From contig CAWAUV010000007.1 in the NCBI GenBank assembly GCA_963785305.1, forward strand, positions 288,001 to 352,000: DNA of 64,000 nucleotides. The letters run 5' to 3'. The translations under genes and the position numbers were made by a program. Source of the DNA: an uncultured Planctomycetaceae bacterium. Its GTDB lineage: Bacteria; Planctomycetota; Planctomycetia; Pirellulales; PALSA-1355. Under the pieces are notes generated by a model, which ran no database searches, was not told the DNA's origin, and saw nothing but the letters and a program-made list of their open reading frames with translations. Below are positions 37,505-47,911 of this stretch, piece by piece (within the stretch, counting starts at the first letter, position 1; every line of letters starts with the position of its first letter).

Positions 37505-38661
37505 AAACCATCGAACTTTTCGCCGGTATTGGTGGGTTTCGCATCGCGGCGGATCAATGCGGACTGAAAACGGTCTGGGCCAATGATATCTCGGAACTCG
37601 CCTGCTTGGTCTATCAAGACAGATTCGGCTCCGACGCGATAGCCCGCGGAGACCTCCGGGGTTTCCTATCCGACATTCCGCGACATGACATCTTAACGGG
37701 CGGATTTCCATGCCAACCCTTTAGCGCCGCGGGAAAAAAAGCGGGCATCCGCGACCCGCGCGGCACGCTATTCGAGTTGATCGTGAATGTGCTCAAATGC
37801 CATCGGCCGAGATACTTCGTCTTGGAAAACGTCAAACGACTTTTAACGATGGAGAAGGGTTTCCACTTCGCGACGATCCTTTCGTCCATTGCCGATTTGG
37901 AATACGACATCGAATGGCGCCTCGTTAACGCGATGTGCATGGGACTCCCGCAAAACCGCCAGCGGGTTTTCATAGTCGGCGCATTGCGTGAGCACGCCGG
38001 CGAATCCGCGCCAGGCTATCGCTTGGTACACCGAGACGAAATTTTTTCATTGGGCGAACGTTCGATAGACCGAATGCGGTCGCGGGCTTCCTGGTCGCCG
38101 ATAGAAAATCATTCCAGTAGATTTCCAAATTGGGGGGCGGCATCGGACGGTAGATTTTTCGGCGCCGACGTCGAGTTCCTCGCCGACGCGAAACCGATCG
38201 TCTCCGTCAACGCGGTACTCGAAGACGCTCCATCATCGGAATTCGATTTCACGGAAATAACGCGGAAATGGGTTCGTGAAAACACACCGGTGAACCGAAT
38301 GGTTCAGGGAGTCGAGATCATCAGCAACCAGGCAGGCGGCGCCAGGATGGGATATACGATCTTCGGAACAAGCGGAGTCGCACCGACTCTAACTTCGACG
38401 ACCAGCCGTCATTACGAACGATATTTCATCAAAAACCGCTATCGCCGGCTTACGAACATCGAATACGCTCGCATCCAAGGATTCCCCGACGACCATTGTT
38501 CCGCGGTTTCTCCATACCATCAGTACGCACTTTACGGAAACGCGGTTCCACCCGTCATGGCGTCATGGGCAATCCGAAAAATCCTTGGAGAAGGGACCGC
38601 CGGCGCCGATTTGCCGCGGGCTATGCAACGGGAACTATTCTCATATGCCGACCAAGGATGA
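37501..38661 (+). CDS. dcm: DNA (cytosine-5)-methyltransferase
   Basis: Motif I ELFAGIGG, IV GFPCQPFS, VI ENV, VIII QNRQRVFIVG, IX RIQGFP and X YGNAV. GTG start overlaps the vsr stop. Confidence 0.95.
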   Translation: MKTIELFAGIGGFRIAADQCGLKTVWANDISELACLVYQDRFGSDAIARGDLRGFLSDIPRHDILTGGFPCQPFSAAGKKAGIRDPRGTLFELIVNVLKCHRPRYFVLENVKRLLTMEKGFHFATILSSIADLEYDIEWRLVNAMCMGLPQNRQRVFIVGALREHAGESAPGYRLVHRDEIFSLGERSIDRMRSRASWSPIENHSSRFPNWGAASDGRFFGADVEFLADAKPIVSVNAVLEDAPSSEFDFTEITRKWVRENTPVNRMVQGVEIISNQAGGARMGYTIFGTSGVAPTLTSTTSRHYERYFIKNRYRRLTNIEYARIQGFPDDHCSAVSPYHQYALYGNAVPPVMASWAIRKILGEGTAGADLPRAMQRELFSYADQG

Positions 38662-39635
38662 GTTGCGGTCGATCCTGCGAAACAATCTTGAAGCCACCGT
38701 GCTTCGGCTTAATAGCGCGTTGCGGGCGAAAAAGCTTGAAGCTCTTCGCCCGGTGCTTGCGCGAATTGGCCGCGGCAAACAGTTGCCGCACTGGTTCGAG
38801 CAACTCGCCGCCGATGCGACGTTGCCGAATCTGGATGGCAAAACGGTCGGCAGTGTCATCGAGATGCTTCTCGTTGCCGTACTGGAAACGTCGACCTTCG
38901 CCGGCATCGCGAACATGCCCGAGCTGCGAATCAATCCGGCGCACGGCGTCGACCTTCCAGACCTCGAAATCGGCGTGAAATCGCCATCGGAGAATTTCTG
39001 CACAAGCGAGCCGTTCTTTTCGGCGTATGAGCGAATCCTGGGAACGGATCACGACGCCCTCGTCCTTTTGACGAACTACCAGTCGGCGAAGAAAAGTACG
39101 CCACTACGGCTCCAGATCATCCAATGGAAATGGCTGACAAAGACCCAGATCGCCGACTCACGGCTCTGCGCGATCGCAAAAAAGCACAGAGCTTGGCTAC
39201 TTGACGAAAACGAAGCCTGGATGAGACGAATTCTTAAGTTTCTCGCATTTGTCAGTCAAAGCGACTGGCGCAAAGCATCTGCTCCGCTTGGTCGACGCGA
39301 TGGGGCCGAATACATCCGCTCAAGCGTTGATCGAGGAGGCTCGGCTCGATTTCTCGAAACAAAATCGTTCAAGGCTAAAAAAAGACGCCACGCCTTTTCC
39401 CGACTCCGAGCTCTATGCGATCGAACGCATCGGTTCAACATCTCCGGTTGAGCTCGGAATTATCGATGCCGCGGAAAACTGGGTGGTCGAAGCACAAAAA
39501 GACCTTGGTCGACCGCCCAACGACAACGAATGGTCGCGTTTCGTCCAGAGCCCGCTGGATGGGCAAATCGGAATGAGCTACGCGCTGCAATGGCGATACA
39601 ATTTCGGCCGGTTGTTCAACGATTCAAACTTGTGA
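38645..39635 (+). CDS. Putative type II restriction endonuclease, frameshift near 39275
   Basis: Overlaps the dcm stop; contains GSVIE...GVDLPDLEIGVKS, a PD-(D/E)xK-like pattern. ORFs 38585-39451 and 39249-39635 join. Function inferred from context. Confidence 0.6.
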
Positions 39636-39722
39636 GCACCCTCGTGGCCCTATCAATAAACTCGGAATCGCGAGCTTGATTCCGCGTCTTTCTTTTTCCG
39701 GTCTTTCCGGCATCTGCTTTGC

Positions 39723-40649
39723 CTATCGCAGTTGCGATGCCAGGTCTTCGAGTTCGTTTTGAGTGCGGGCGAGATCGGCGCGCAGGTCGGCGACTTCGCT
39801 CCGCAGGGTTTCCATGGCCGATACCAAGCTTGCCAGCACCGCTTCGCTTGGACCAGCCCCGGTCTGGTCGCGCCGCGGTGGGCCCGGGGACGACGACGAG
39901 GCCGATGCGCCCGAGGGACTCGGCGCGGCATGGGCGGCATGCGCCGAGTGGGCCGCGGCCGGGCGCTGGGGCGGCGGGGTCGCGGCGCTTTCATTTGGAT
40001 CGCCGGCCGCGCTCGTCGGCTGGTAGTCGCGGCGCACCTTTTCCAGCTCGCGCGGTTCGTAAAGGGCATGGGTCAGCGCGTGGCCGCGGCCCTCGGGCGT
40101 GAGCGACACGATCAAATTCTTGGCCTTCAGCGAAGCGAGCACCGGCCGCAGGGCGCCAAGATCGGCGATCGGCTCCATGCGCACGGCGCGTCCGCGGAGC
40201 TCGCCCTCGGTCTGAGCGCCGCGGAGCAGCAACTCGACCATCACGGCCATCTCGACCTTGCTCACGCCCAGCCAATCATAGAGCAAGTGCCGGTACTTAT
40301 TGACCCGGCCATCGCCATGAATCTCGGCCACGGCCCCCAGGCCGCGGAGCCGCTCGAGCGCTTCCTCCACGTCGTCGACTTCGATCTCCATCAGCGGGTA
40401 GCGATTGTTCTTTTGGTTGCAACCGGTCTTGATGGCGTTGAGCGTCATCGGATAGGCGTCGGGCGTGGTTTTGGCCTTCTCGCCCAACACGCCGAGCACC
40501 CGGCGATCGAGCGAAGCGATCGGCTGCCAGCGTGGCGCCTTGGCCTGGGGTTCGTCGGCCACGGATTCGCCAGTCGTGGGATTCACGGCTGCGCGATTCA
40601 CGGCCGCGGAGCTCACGGCCGCGTTTTCATCGAGCGGAGTATCGGTCAT
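39723..40649 (-). CDS. DUF480/YceH-family protein
   Basis: RVLGVLGEKAKTTPDAYPMTLNAIKTGCNQKNNRYP and LLLRGAQTEGELRGR. Confidence 0.9.
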   Translation of the reverse strand: MTDTPLDENAAVSSAAVNRAAVNPTTGESVADEPQAKAPRWQPIASLDRRVLGVLGEKAKTTPDAYPMTLNAIKTGCNQKNNRYPLMEIEVDDVEEALERLRGLGAVAEIHGDGRVNKYRHLLYDWLGVSKVEMAVMVELLLRGAQTEGELRGRAVRMEPIADLGALRPVLASLKAKNLIVSLTPEGRGHALTHALYEPRELEKVRRDYQPTSAAGDPNESAATPPPQRPAAAHSAHAAHAAPSPSGASASSSSPGPPRRDQTGAGPSEAVLASLVSAMETLRSEVADLRADLARTQNELEDLASQLR

Positions 40650-40906
40650 GGCACAAGGCGCCTGGGGTGCGTCGAGATAAATTCACGGAGACGAGTTCGC
40701 CGCGCAACGCCAGCACTGTACTCCCCCGGTCCGTGTCCGATCAAGAGCCGCGGGCCGTGGATCGATTGTCGTTCGGGCTTGCGTCGGCAAGCGCAGACCT
40801 GTCGCCGCCCCGTGCTAGGGAATCGCGAGCGGGGCTGCTACCATGCAGTTGTTCACGCGGGCTGGCCGGGCGAGCGAAGAGACCAATGTGCGGGGGCGTT
40901 TCGCGG

Positions 40907-41650
40907 ATGCAATCAAGCGAGCAATCCGATCATCGGCCTTGGCCGGCGCCGCGGCGACCTTGGGTCGGGTTTATGCGGTGGCACGATCTGCTCTTCGCTC
41001 ATTGGCCGGTCGATCCTCGGGCGCTACGGCCTTGGATTCCACCGCGGCTCGAGCTCGAAACACGCGATGGCGCCACTTGGATCGGCGTGGTTCCGTTTCG
41101 GATGAGCCGTGTTCGCCCGCGGGGCTGCCCGTCGCTGCCCTGGCTTTCCGCGTTTCCGGAAATCAATGTGCGCACCTATGTGACCGATGGCGCGAAGCCA
41201 GGTGTTTGGTTCTTCAGTCTCGACGCCACGAACCCGCTCTTTGTGCGCGCGGCCCGCTGGACATTCGGCGTTCCCTATTTCGACGCGCGAATGGCGGTTC
41301 GAAGCGAGCTCGATGGCGAGATTCACTATCACTCGCGCCGCCCGAGCGGCCGCGTTCCGCCGGCCGAATTGATTGCTCGTTACCAACCGATCTCGAGTCC
41401 CGAACTGGCGCTGGCCGGCAGCTTGCCGCATTGGCTCACCGAACGGTATTGCATGTATAGCAGCACCGGCCCGGGCAGGATTTGGCGCATCGAGATCGAT
41501 CATCCGCCCTGGCGATTGGAACCGGCTCGTTGGAGCGTCGAGCGCAATACGATGGCCACCTCGCTCGGCGTGTCGTTGGCGGAGCCATGCCCGCTACTGC
41601 ATTTTGCCAAGTTCCAAGAGACCGTAGCTTGGCCGCCGGAGAAGGTCTGA
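40907..41650 (+). CDS. DUF2071/YqjF-family protein
   Basis: MRWHDLLFAHW, FPEINVRTYV, PGVWFFSLDA and WLTERY. Confidence 0.88.
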   Translation: MQSSEQSDHRPWPAPRRPWVGFMRWHDLLFAHWPVDPRALRPWIPPRLELETRDGATWIGVVPFRMSRVRPRGCPSLPWLSAFPEINVRTYVTDGAKPGVWFFSLDATNPLFVRAARWTFGVPYFDARMAVRSELDGEIHYHSRRPSGRVPPAELIARYQPISSPELALAGSLPHWLTERYCMYSSTGPGRIWRIEIDHPPWRLEPARWSVERNTMATSLGVSLAEPCPLLHFAKFQETVAWPPEKV

Positions 41651-41693
41651 GGGTTTTCGATTTTCAGTTTTCAGCAGGAAGCGCGCGTTGACG

Positions 41694-41860
41694 CTAGTGC
41701 TTTGTCACGGCTGAAATGATAGGTAACCCCGTGTGCCATGCCCACGCCCAGCGTGGGCATGTTTTCGAGCGCCACGCGGAGTCCTCATGCCCACGCAGGG
41801 CCGTGGGCATGGCACGCGGAACCAATCCAACCCGTCATTTCAATTGTGACAATGCACTAG
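41694..41860. repeat. MITE-like element copy 1: ~31-bp imperfect terminal IRs enclosing two REP-like palindromes
   Basis: Left CTAGTGCTTTGTCACGGCTGAAATGA versus reverse complement of right end CTAGTGCATTGTCACAATTGAAATGA. Internal CATGCCCACGC...GCGTGGGCATG and a second near-identical palindrome. Confidence 0.8.
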
Positions 41861-43985
41861 CCCGCGACGCGTGGCGGCGGCGAAACAAGACGCCGGCCAG
41901 GGCTAAGGCGGCGAGGCAGGCCAAGGCGCGGGTCCCGGGTTCGGGCACGGAGCTGATCGTCACCACCACGTCGGCGCCCGACACGCCTTGGCCATAGGAG
42001 ACGGTGGCGGTCATGCCGGCCGGCACTCCGGTAATCGAGCCAAACTGGCCATTGGTCGTTGTCGGATCGATCAGCAAAAAGCTCAAGGAGCCGCCCGAAA
42101 GGCTCAGCCCATTCAGTCCGCCGAGGGCCAGCGTGGCGCCGGCGCCGGCGCCGCCCACGCCATCGAGGTTCACCGTGGCATTCGCGGCAATCAAATAGTC
42201 GGCCTTGAGCACGGTGTCGGGCGAGCCGGGCGTCCAACCGGTGACGCCGGTGGCATTGGCCAAGGTGGCTTCGAAGGTCGAGGTCGGAGTCAAGGTGACG
42301 CTGCCGGTGGTCGAGAGCGTGAGCGGGGCGACCGTCGAGCCATTGCTGCCATAGCCGGGCATCAAGGCGCCGCCGGCGCCGATCGAGACCGAATTCGTTC
42401 CGAGATAGATCGTGCCCGTTCCGCCCAATGTGCCGGTTCCGCTCGTGGCGGCGATGGTAAATGCGCCGACGGGCGAACCGGCCGAGCCGTTCGTGCCATC
42501 GACGAACAACGTGCCCGCGGTCACGCTGGTCGGGCCGGTGTAGGTGTTGGCGCCGGCGAGGGTTTGCGAGCCTGTGGTGGCGATCGTCAGGTTGCCGGAG
42601 CCGGTGATCGCTCCGTAAAACGTGTTGTTCGTGCTACCGGCGATCGTGAGAGTCATGGCCGTGCCGGCGGGCGCGACGATCGTTTCGCTCGTGGGGCTAT
42701 TCTGTTGCTGCAAGGCCAGCGTGACTCCCGTGGCCGCGGAAGGACTGGCGAGGCCCGCGATCGTTTGCGTCAAGATCGTCGCGCTTTGCGCGAAATACAA
42801 GCGGCTCAGCGAGTCGTTGATCGTGATAACCGAGTTTTGCAACGCGCCCGCGGCGTTCAGAAAGAGGTTCGTGTAAGCACTCTGTCCGGAAGTAAGCCCG
42901 TTGTTCGAGATCGTCACGGCGCCGGTGTAAGCGGTATTGCCGCTGTTGAGGAAAATGTTCGTGGCATTGTATGTATTGCCAATCGAACTTGTATTGTGCG
43001 TGAACGTCAGATTTCCCGAGCCGGTGAGCGCTTCGTCGATGTTGAGCGGCTTGTCGTAGTAGGACGTGGCGATCGTGCTGGCGGCGGTGACGTTGATCGC
43101 GGCGCCCGCGCCGGTCGCAAGGTGCTCATTGCCATCGTAGACATTGATCGTTCCCCCGTTCAGCACGAAGGAATTGGCGATATCGTATACATTCGACTGG
43201 CCCGAGATATTGCCGACCGTGGCGACACCGCCCGCATTGACGGTGACCGTGCCCGTTCCGAAACCGCTGGCGCTTTGGCTCGACCCATTGCCGAGCTCGA
43301 GATTCGCGCCCGAGCCGATTGTCGCGCCGCCGGAGAAGGTGTTCGCGGCCGCTAGTTTCCAGGTTCCGGCGGTGACATTCAAAGCCAGCGCGCCGGCGCC
43401 GTTTGCAATGACTCCGCTGAATAAACCGCCGCCCGAACCCGAGCCGCCGAGCGTGAGTGTCTGGGTGCCCGCGTTTGCCAAGCCGACGCCATTGGTAACC
43501 GTCAGGGCGGTCGAAGTATTGTTCGACCAAGTTTGCGAGCCGGTGAGGCTCAGCGCCATGCCATTGGTCGCGTTGCCCAGCGTCACGGCCCCGGCGCTCG
43601 ATGCAACCGTGAGCCCATCCGTGCCCAGGCTCAAGGTCTCGGTGGTCGCGCTGCTGCTATCGATAAGCGTCGTGCCGGTATTGTTGAAATAGAGGCCCAG
43701 CGCTGATTGAGCGGAGCCAAGCTGCGCGGTTGTGGCGCCGTTGATGCCCGCGGCATTGAACACGGCGTCGTAGGCGCCGCCGGGAGTCGCGCCCGTCGAC
43801 CAATTGACGCCGGTGTCCCAGAGCGTGCCGGCGACGGTCACCGTGGTCCAATAGTCGGGATTGGACTGCGCCAGGGCATGCTTGAAGTCCAAGCCCGTCA
43901 TGGCGCCGACAACGATGCCCAGCCACGCGACAAAGCGCGGACTCGCAACGATTCGCCGAATTATCCGACCCGACACGAACTTCAT
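41835..43985 (-). CDS. PEP-CTERM-sorted surface protein with autotransporter-associated beta-strand repeats
   Basis: Signal peptide ending ALAQ; repeats LAAANTFSGG and TLAGANTYTGPTSVTAGTL; C-terminal VPEPGT + TM + RRR. Confidence 0.9.
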   Translation of the reverse strand: MKFVSGRIIRRIVASPRFVAWLGIVVGAMTGLDFKHALAQSNPDYWTTVTVAGTLWDTGVNWSTGATPGGAYDAVFNAAGINGATTAQLGSAQSALGLYFNNTGTTLIDSSSATTETLSLGTDGLTVASSAGAVTLGNATNGMALSLTGSQTWSNNTSTALTVTNGVGLANAGTQTLTLGGSGSGGGLFSGVIANGAGALALNVTAGTWKLAAANTFSGGATIGSGANLELGNGSSQSASGFGTGTVTVNAGGVATVGNISGQSNVYDIANSFVLNGGTINVYDGNEHLATGAGAAINVTAASTIATSYYDKPLNIDEALTGSGNLTFTHNTSSIGNTYNATNIFLNSGNTAYTGAVTISNNGLTSGQSAYTNLFLNAAGALQNSVITINDSLSRLYFAQSATILTQTIAGLASPSAATGVTLALQQQNSPTSETIVAPAGTAMTLTIAGSTNNTFYGAITGSGNLTIATTGSQTLAGANTYTGPTSVTAGTLFVDGTNGSAGSPVGAFTIAATSGTGTLGGTGTIYLGTNSVSIGAGGALMPGYGSNGSTVAPLTLSTTGSVTLTPTSTFEATLANATGVTGWTPGSPDTVLKADYLIAANATVNLDGVGGAGAGATLALGGLNGLSLSGGSLSFLLIDPTTTNGQFGSITGVPAGMTATVSYGQGVSGADVVVTISSVPEPGTRALACLAALALAGVLFRRRHASRASALSQLK

Positions 43986-44268
43986 TGGCGCCGCCTTGGA
44001 ATCCGCTAGCAGAGGGCGCGCACTCCGAGCAACGCCCATCCCCGTACGCTAATTAACGAGAATGCGACGTGCAACCGTTATTGGTAGGGAACCGGAAAAA
44101 AGTTTTTCCGAGGGGCGAATTGTCGCAACTCGCGACGCAATGCGAACTTGGCCACATGTTCCCGCCCAGCCCGATTGCCGTCTGGGAGCGGCGGTCGGTG
44201 GCCGCTATACTTTGCGCCGCCGCTGGACACGAGCCAACCGGAAATCCTTGCTCAATTTGGCAAGGCGA

Positions 44269-44445
44269 TTAGTGCTCCTTCACGGCTGAAATGATGGATA
44301 ATTCGGTTTGCGCGTGGCGCCATGCCGACGCTTGCGTGGGCATGTTCTCAAGCGCGACGCACGGTCCCCATGGCCCACGCAGGGCCGCGGGCAGGGCGCC
44401 ACGGAACGAATCCAATCCGTCATTTCAACGGTGACAAAGCACTAG
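44269..44445. repeat. MITE-like element copy 2 (diverged), same orientation as copy 1
   Basis: TTAGTGCTCCTTCACGGCTGAAATGA ... CGTCATTTCAACGGTGACAAAGCACTAG with degenerate internal CCATGCC.ACGC/GCGTGGGCATG palindromes. Confidence 0.78.
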
Positions 44446-44537
44446 GCCGATGGTTGTTTTCGGCCTCCCGCCGCGCTCGCGATCCACTTGCCTACCCCCC
44501 GTTTTCGAGCCATTCTCTTCGAGCAAGCTATTCCGAC

Positions 44538-46658
44538 ATGAAACGACAGGCCGACGAGACCCCCGAGTCCGAAGAACACGACGACCACGAAACCGACCAA
44601 ACAGCCGACGTGGCTGGCGACGACCCCCCCGAACCTGCCGCGAGCGGCGGCGGGTCCAACGGGCGCTCGCGCCGCCGGGCCACGGCCCAGTCGATGGCCG
44701 CAAGCCAGCGCGATATCTCGGTCAGCGAATTCTTCGCCAAGAACCGCCACCTACTCGGCTTCGACAATCCGCGCAAAGCCCTGCTGACCACCATTAAAGA
44801 GGCGGTCGACAACTCGCTCGACGCCTGCGAGGAAGCCGGCATCACGCCCGAGATTTGGGTGCATATCGAGCCGGCCGGCCCCAGCCGCTTCAAGGTCGGC
44901 GTGCAAGACAATGGGCCCGGCATTCTCAAGAAGCAAATTCCGCTCATTTTCGGCAAGCTGCTCTATGGGTCGAAATTCCATCGGCTCCGCATGAGTCGCG
45001 GGCAACAGGGCATCGGCATCAGCGCCGCCGGCATGTATGGAGTGCTGACCACGGGCAAGCCGGTGAAGATCATCTCGAAGGTGTCGCAGCGCAAGCCGGC
45101 CCATTACTACGAAATTCAGATCGACACCAAGCGAAACCATCCCGAGATTCTCAACGGCAAGGGCGAAGGCGAGGATATCGCCGCCGGCGAGGCGGGCCGA
45201 AAATACATCGAGAAACACGGCATCGAGTGGATCGACCTCGACCACGGCACGCGGGTCACGATCGAGCTCGAGGCCAAGTACCATCGCGGCCGGGGCAGTG
45301 TCGATGAATATCTGGCCCAAACCGCGATCGCCAACCCGCATGTCACATTGCATTACCTCGACCCCGACGGCGAGGAGCAGGTCTACCAGCGCTCGACCGA
45401 CAAGCTGCCGCCCGAACCCAAGGAGATCAAGCCGCATCCCTACGGCATCGAGCTGGGCCTCTTGGTGACGATGCTCAAAGACACGCCGACCACCACGCTC
45501 GCGCAGTTTTTCGGGGCCGCCTTCAGCAAGGTCAGCCCGGCGATCGCCGGCAAGATTTGCGAAACGGCCGGCGTGACCACGCGCTCGAATCCGCACAAAG
45601 TCGGCCGCGGCGACGCCGACAAGCTCTACCAAGCGATCATGCAGACCCGCATTCCCTCGCCCTCGACCGACTGCATCTCGCCGATCGGCGAGGAGCTGCT
45701 GCTCAAGGGCTTGCATCATGTGGTGCCGGGCGAGTTCTACTGCGCGGCGACGCGTCCGCCGGGCGTGTATCGCGGCAATCCCTTTCAAATCGAAGTGGCG
45801 CTCGCTTATGGCGGTTCGTCGAACGCGAGTCGAGTGCCGCTCGACACGCTCACGGAGCTTCTGGCCGAAACCGATGCCCGCACCCTGCGGCAATTTCTCA
45901 CCACGACCTTCGCCGGAGTCGGCTCCGACGCGGCCGATCAGATTCTCGCCGCCAGCGAACTGGGCACGCGCTCGAGCCCCTCGAAGCTCAAGCCAGCCGA
46001 GATTTCCAAGCTCCACGAAGCCATGCGCAACGTGAATCTCGAATCGGGCCAGACGATGAATGTGCTCCGGTACGCGAACCGAGTGCCGCTCCAGTTTCAA
46101 CATGCCGCGTGCGCCATCACGCAAACCGTGCTCAAGACCAACTGGCGCTCGTATGGCTTGACGCAATCGCGCGGCGCGCTGCCGAGCGGCCCGGTCACGG
46201 TGATGGTTCACATGGCCAGCGTGTGGGTGCCATTCACCAGCGAGTCGAAGGAGGCGATCGCCGCCTATCCCGAGATCGAAAAAGAGCTTCGCCTCGGGCT
46301 GCAAGCCGTGGGCCGCAAGCTGGGCATGTACATGCGGCGTCGGCTCAAGGTGAAACAAGAAGGCGAGCGGCGCAATGTGTTCTTGCGCTACCTGGGCGAA
46401 GTGGCTCAAGCCGTGAGCGATATCAATCGCACCGATCGCGACGCGCTGTATGAACAGCTTCTGGCCGTGGCGAAAAAGAAAACCGCCGCCGCCGACATGG
46501 AACTCGACGAACGCGGCAAGGTGGTCGAAGTCGAGGCCGAGGACTTCGGCGAGCATGTGCTGATCGTCGAACGCGACGAGGAGGAAGTCCTGCTCAAGCC
46601 GGGCGCCGTCAAGGGTTCGCGCGGCGAGGCCAAGAGCGCAAGAGGCGAAGCGTCGTAG
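44538..46658 (+). CDS. top6B: DNA topoisomerase VI subunit B
   Basis: SVSEFFAKNRHLLGF; GHKL motifs EAVDNSLDACEE, DNGPGI, GKLLYGSKF and RGQQGIGIS; transducer YRGNPFQIEV, RYANRVPL and VPFTSESKE. Confidence 0.95.
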   Translation: MKRQADETPESEEHDDHETDQTADVAGDDPPEPAASGGGSNGRSRRRATAQSMAASQRDISVSEFFAKNRHLLGFDNPRKALLTTIKEAVDNSLDACEEAGITPEIWVHIEPAGPSRFKVGVQDNGPGILKKQIPLIFGKLLYGSKFHRLRMSRGQQGIGISAAGMYGVLTTGKPVKIISKVSQRKPAHYYEIQIDTKRNHPEILNGKGEGEDIAAGEAGRKYIEKHGIEWIDLDHGTRVTIELEAKYHRGRGSVDEYLAQTAIANPHVTLHYLDPDGEEQVYQRSTDKLPPEPKEIKPHPYGIELGLLVTMLKDTPTTTLAQFFGAAFSKVSPAIAGKICETAGVTTRSNPHKVGRGDADKLYQAIMQTRIPSPSTDCISPIGEELLLKGLHHVVPGEFYCAATRPPGVYRGNPFQIEVALAYGGSSNASRVPLDTLTELLAETDARTLRQFLTTTFAGVGSDAADQILAASELGTRSSPSKLKPAEISKLHEAMRNVNLESGQTMNVLRYANRVPLQFQHAACAITQTVLKTNWRSYGLTQSRGALPSGPVTVMVHMASVWVPFTSESKEAIAAYPEIEKELRLGLQAVGRKLGMYMRRRLKVKQEGERRNVFLRYLGEVAQAVSDINRTDRDALYEQLLAVAKKKTAAADMELDERGKVVEVEAEDFGEHVLIVERDEEEVLLKPGAVKGSRGEAKSARGEAS

Positions 46659-46750
46659 CTTTTTTGTTTCGAACGATCCAACTTTCAACCGACAAAGTTC
46701 CGTCGCCAAGCTATTCCCCGGCGGCGACACGCCTTTAGAAAAAATTTCCC

Positions 46751-47911
46751 ATGGCCAAACGCAAGAAGAAACGCGCCGCCGACGCTGCCCACGAGCCCGC
46801 CGTGGCGGTGAAACTCAACGAAAAAGACCAGCAGACGATGAACCAAATCGTCGGCCTCGCGGATTCGATCGTGGTCGACGCGCAAAAGAAGCGCGACCCC
46901 TATCTCGATATTCCCACGCGCAGTCTTTCCAATGTGCGCTACAACAGCTCGAAGAAATTCATCGAGATGGGCGGCAACAAGAACCGCCGCCAACTCTTCA
47001 ATCTCTTGCAAGCCAAGAGCTATATGCAAACCGTGCTCGTGGCCAGCGGTTCGCAAAAGCTGATCTCGCAAGGCAAGACCACCAGCTTGCGAGGTATGTA
47101 CTACCTGCTCAAGCACTCGATCGAAGGCACGCGCGAGGAGACGTTCAGCGGCCAGGAAGAATCCGACACCGTGATCGAGGACCTCGAGGTCACGATCAAC
47201 GCGCTGCGAGAGGAGCTGCATCTCTACGCGAAGAACGCCGGCGCCATGGTCGGCGAAATCACGCTCGTCGACTCCGGCGACACGATCGACTGCTCGCGGA
47301 TGGGCTCGGGCGGCTACAGCATTCCCTCGATCGTCGAGCCCGAGACGGTGCAGTTCACGAAGTGCAACGCGAAGTTTATTCTCCATGTCGAAAAAGACAC
47401 GGTTTGGCGCCGGTTCAACGAAGACAAATTTTGGCGCACGCACCACTGCATTCTCACCCACGGCGGCGGCCAACCGCCCCGCGGAGTGCGCCGGCTCTTG
47501 AACCGCATGCACCATGAGCTCAAGCTGCCGATCTACTGCCTGCTCGACAACGATCCCTGGGGCTATTACATCTACAGCGTGATCAAGCAAGGCTCGATCA
47601 ATCTGGCCTATGAATCGAAACGCATGGCGATTCCCGAAGCCCGGTTCCTGGGCCTGAGGTCGATCGACTTCGAGCGTTGCCAACTTTCGCCCAGTGTGCG
47701 GATCAATCTCAACGACAACGACATCAAACGCGCCAAGCAGATCAAGGCCTATCCCTGGTTCGAGAAGAAAAAGGCCTGGCAAAAAGAGATCGACCAAATG
47801 CTCAAGAACGGCTTCAAACTCGAAGTCGAAGCCCTGATCAGCAAAGACATCAGCTACGTGACGGAAACCTATGCTCCCGAGCGCCTCGCCGACGAAGACT
47901 GGCTCGACTAA
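46751..47911 (+). CDS. top6A: DNA topoisomerase VI subunit A (Spo11-like)
   Basis: Catalytic Tyr motif TSLRGMYY; TOPRIM ILHVEKD and LDNDPWG; C-terminal KLEVEAL. Confidence 0.95.
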   Translation: MAKRKKKRAADAAHEPAVAVKLNEKDQQTMNQIVGLADSIVVDAQKKRDPYLDIPTRSLSNVRYNSSKKFIEMGGNKNRRQLFNLLQAKSYMQTVLVASGSQKLISQGKTTSLRGMYYLLKHSIEGTREETFSGQEESDTVIEDLEVTINALREELHLYAKNAGAMVGEITLVDSGDTIDCSRMGSGGYSIPSIVEPETVQFTKCNAKFILHVEKDTVWRRFNEDKFWRTHHCILTHGGGQPPRGVRRLLNRMHHELKLPIYCLLDNDPWGYYIYSVIKQGSINLAYESKRMAIPEARFLGLRSIDFERCQLSPSVRINLNDNDIKRAKQIKAYPWFEKKKAWQKEIDQMLKNGFKLEVEALISKDISYVTETYAPERLADEDWLD

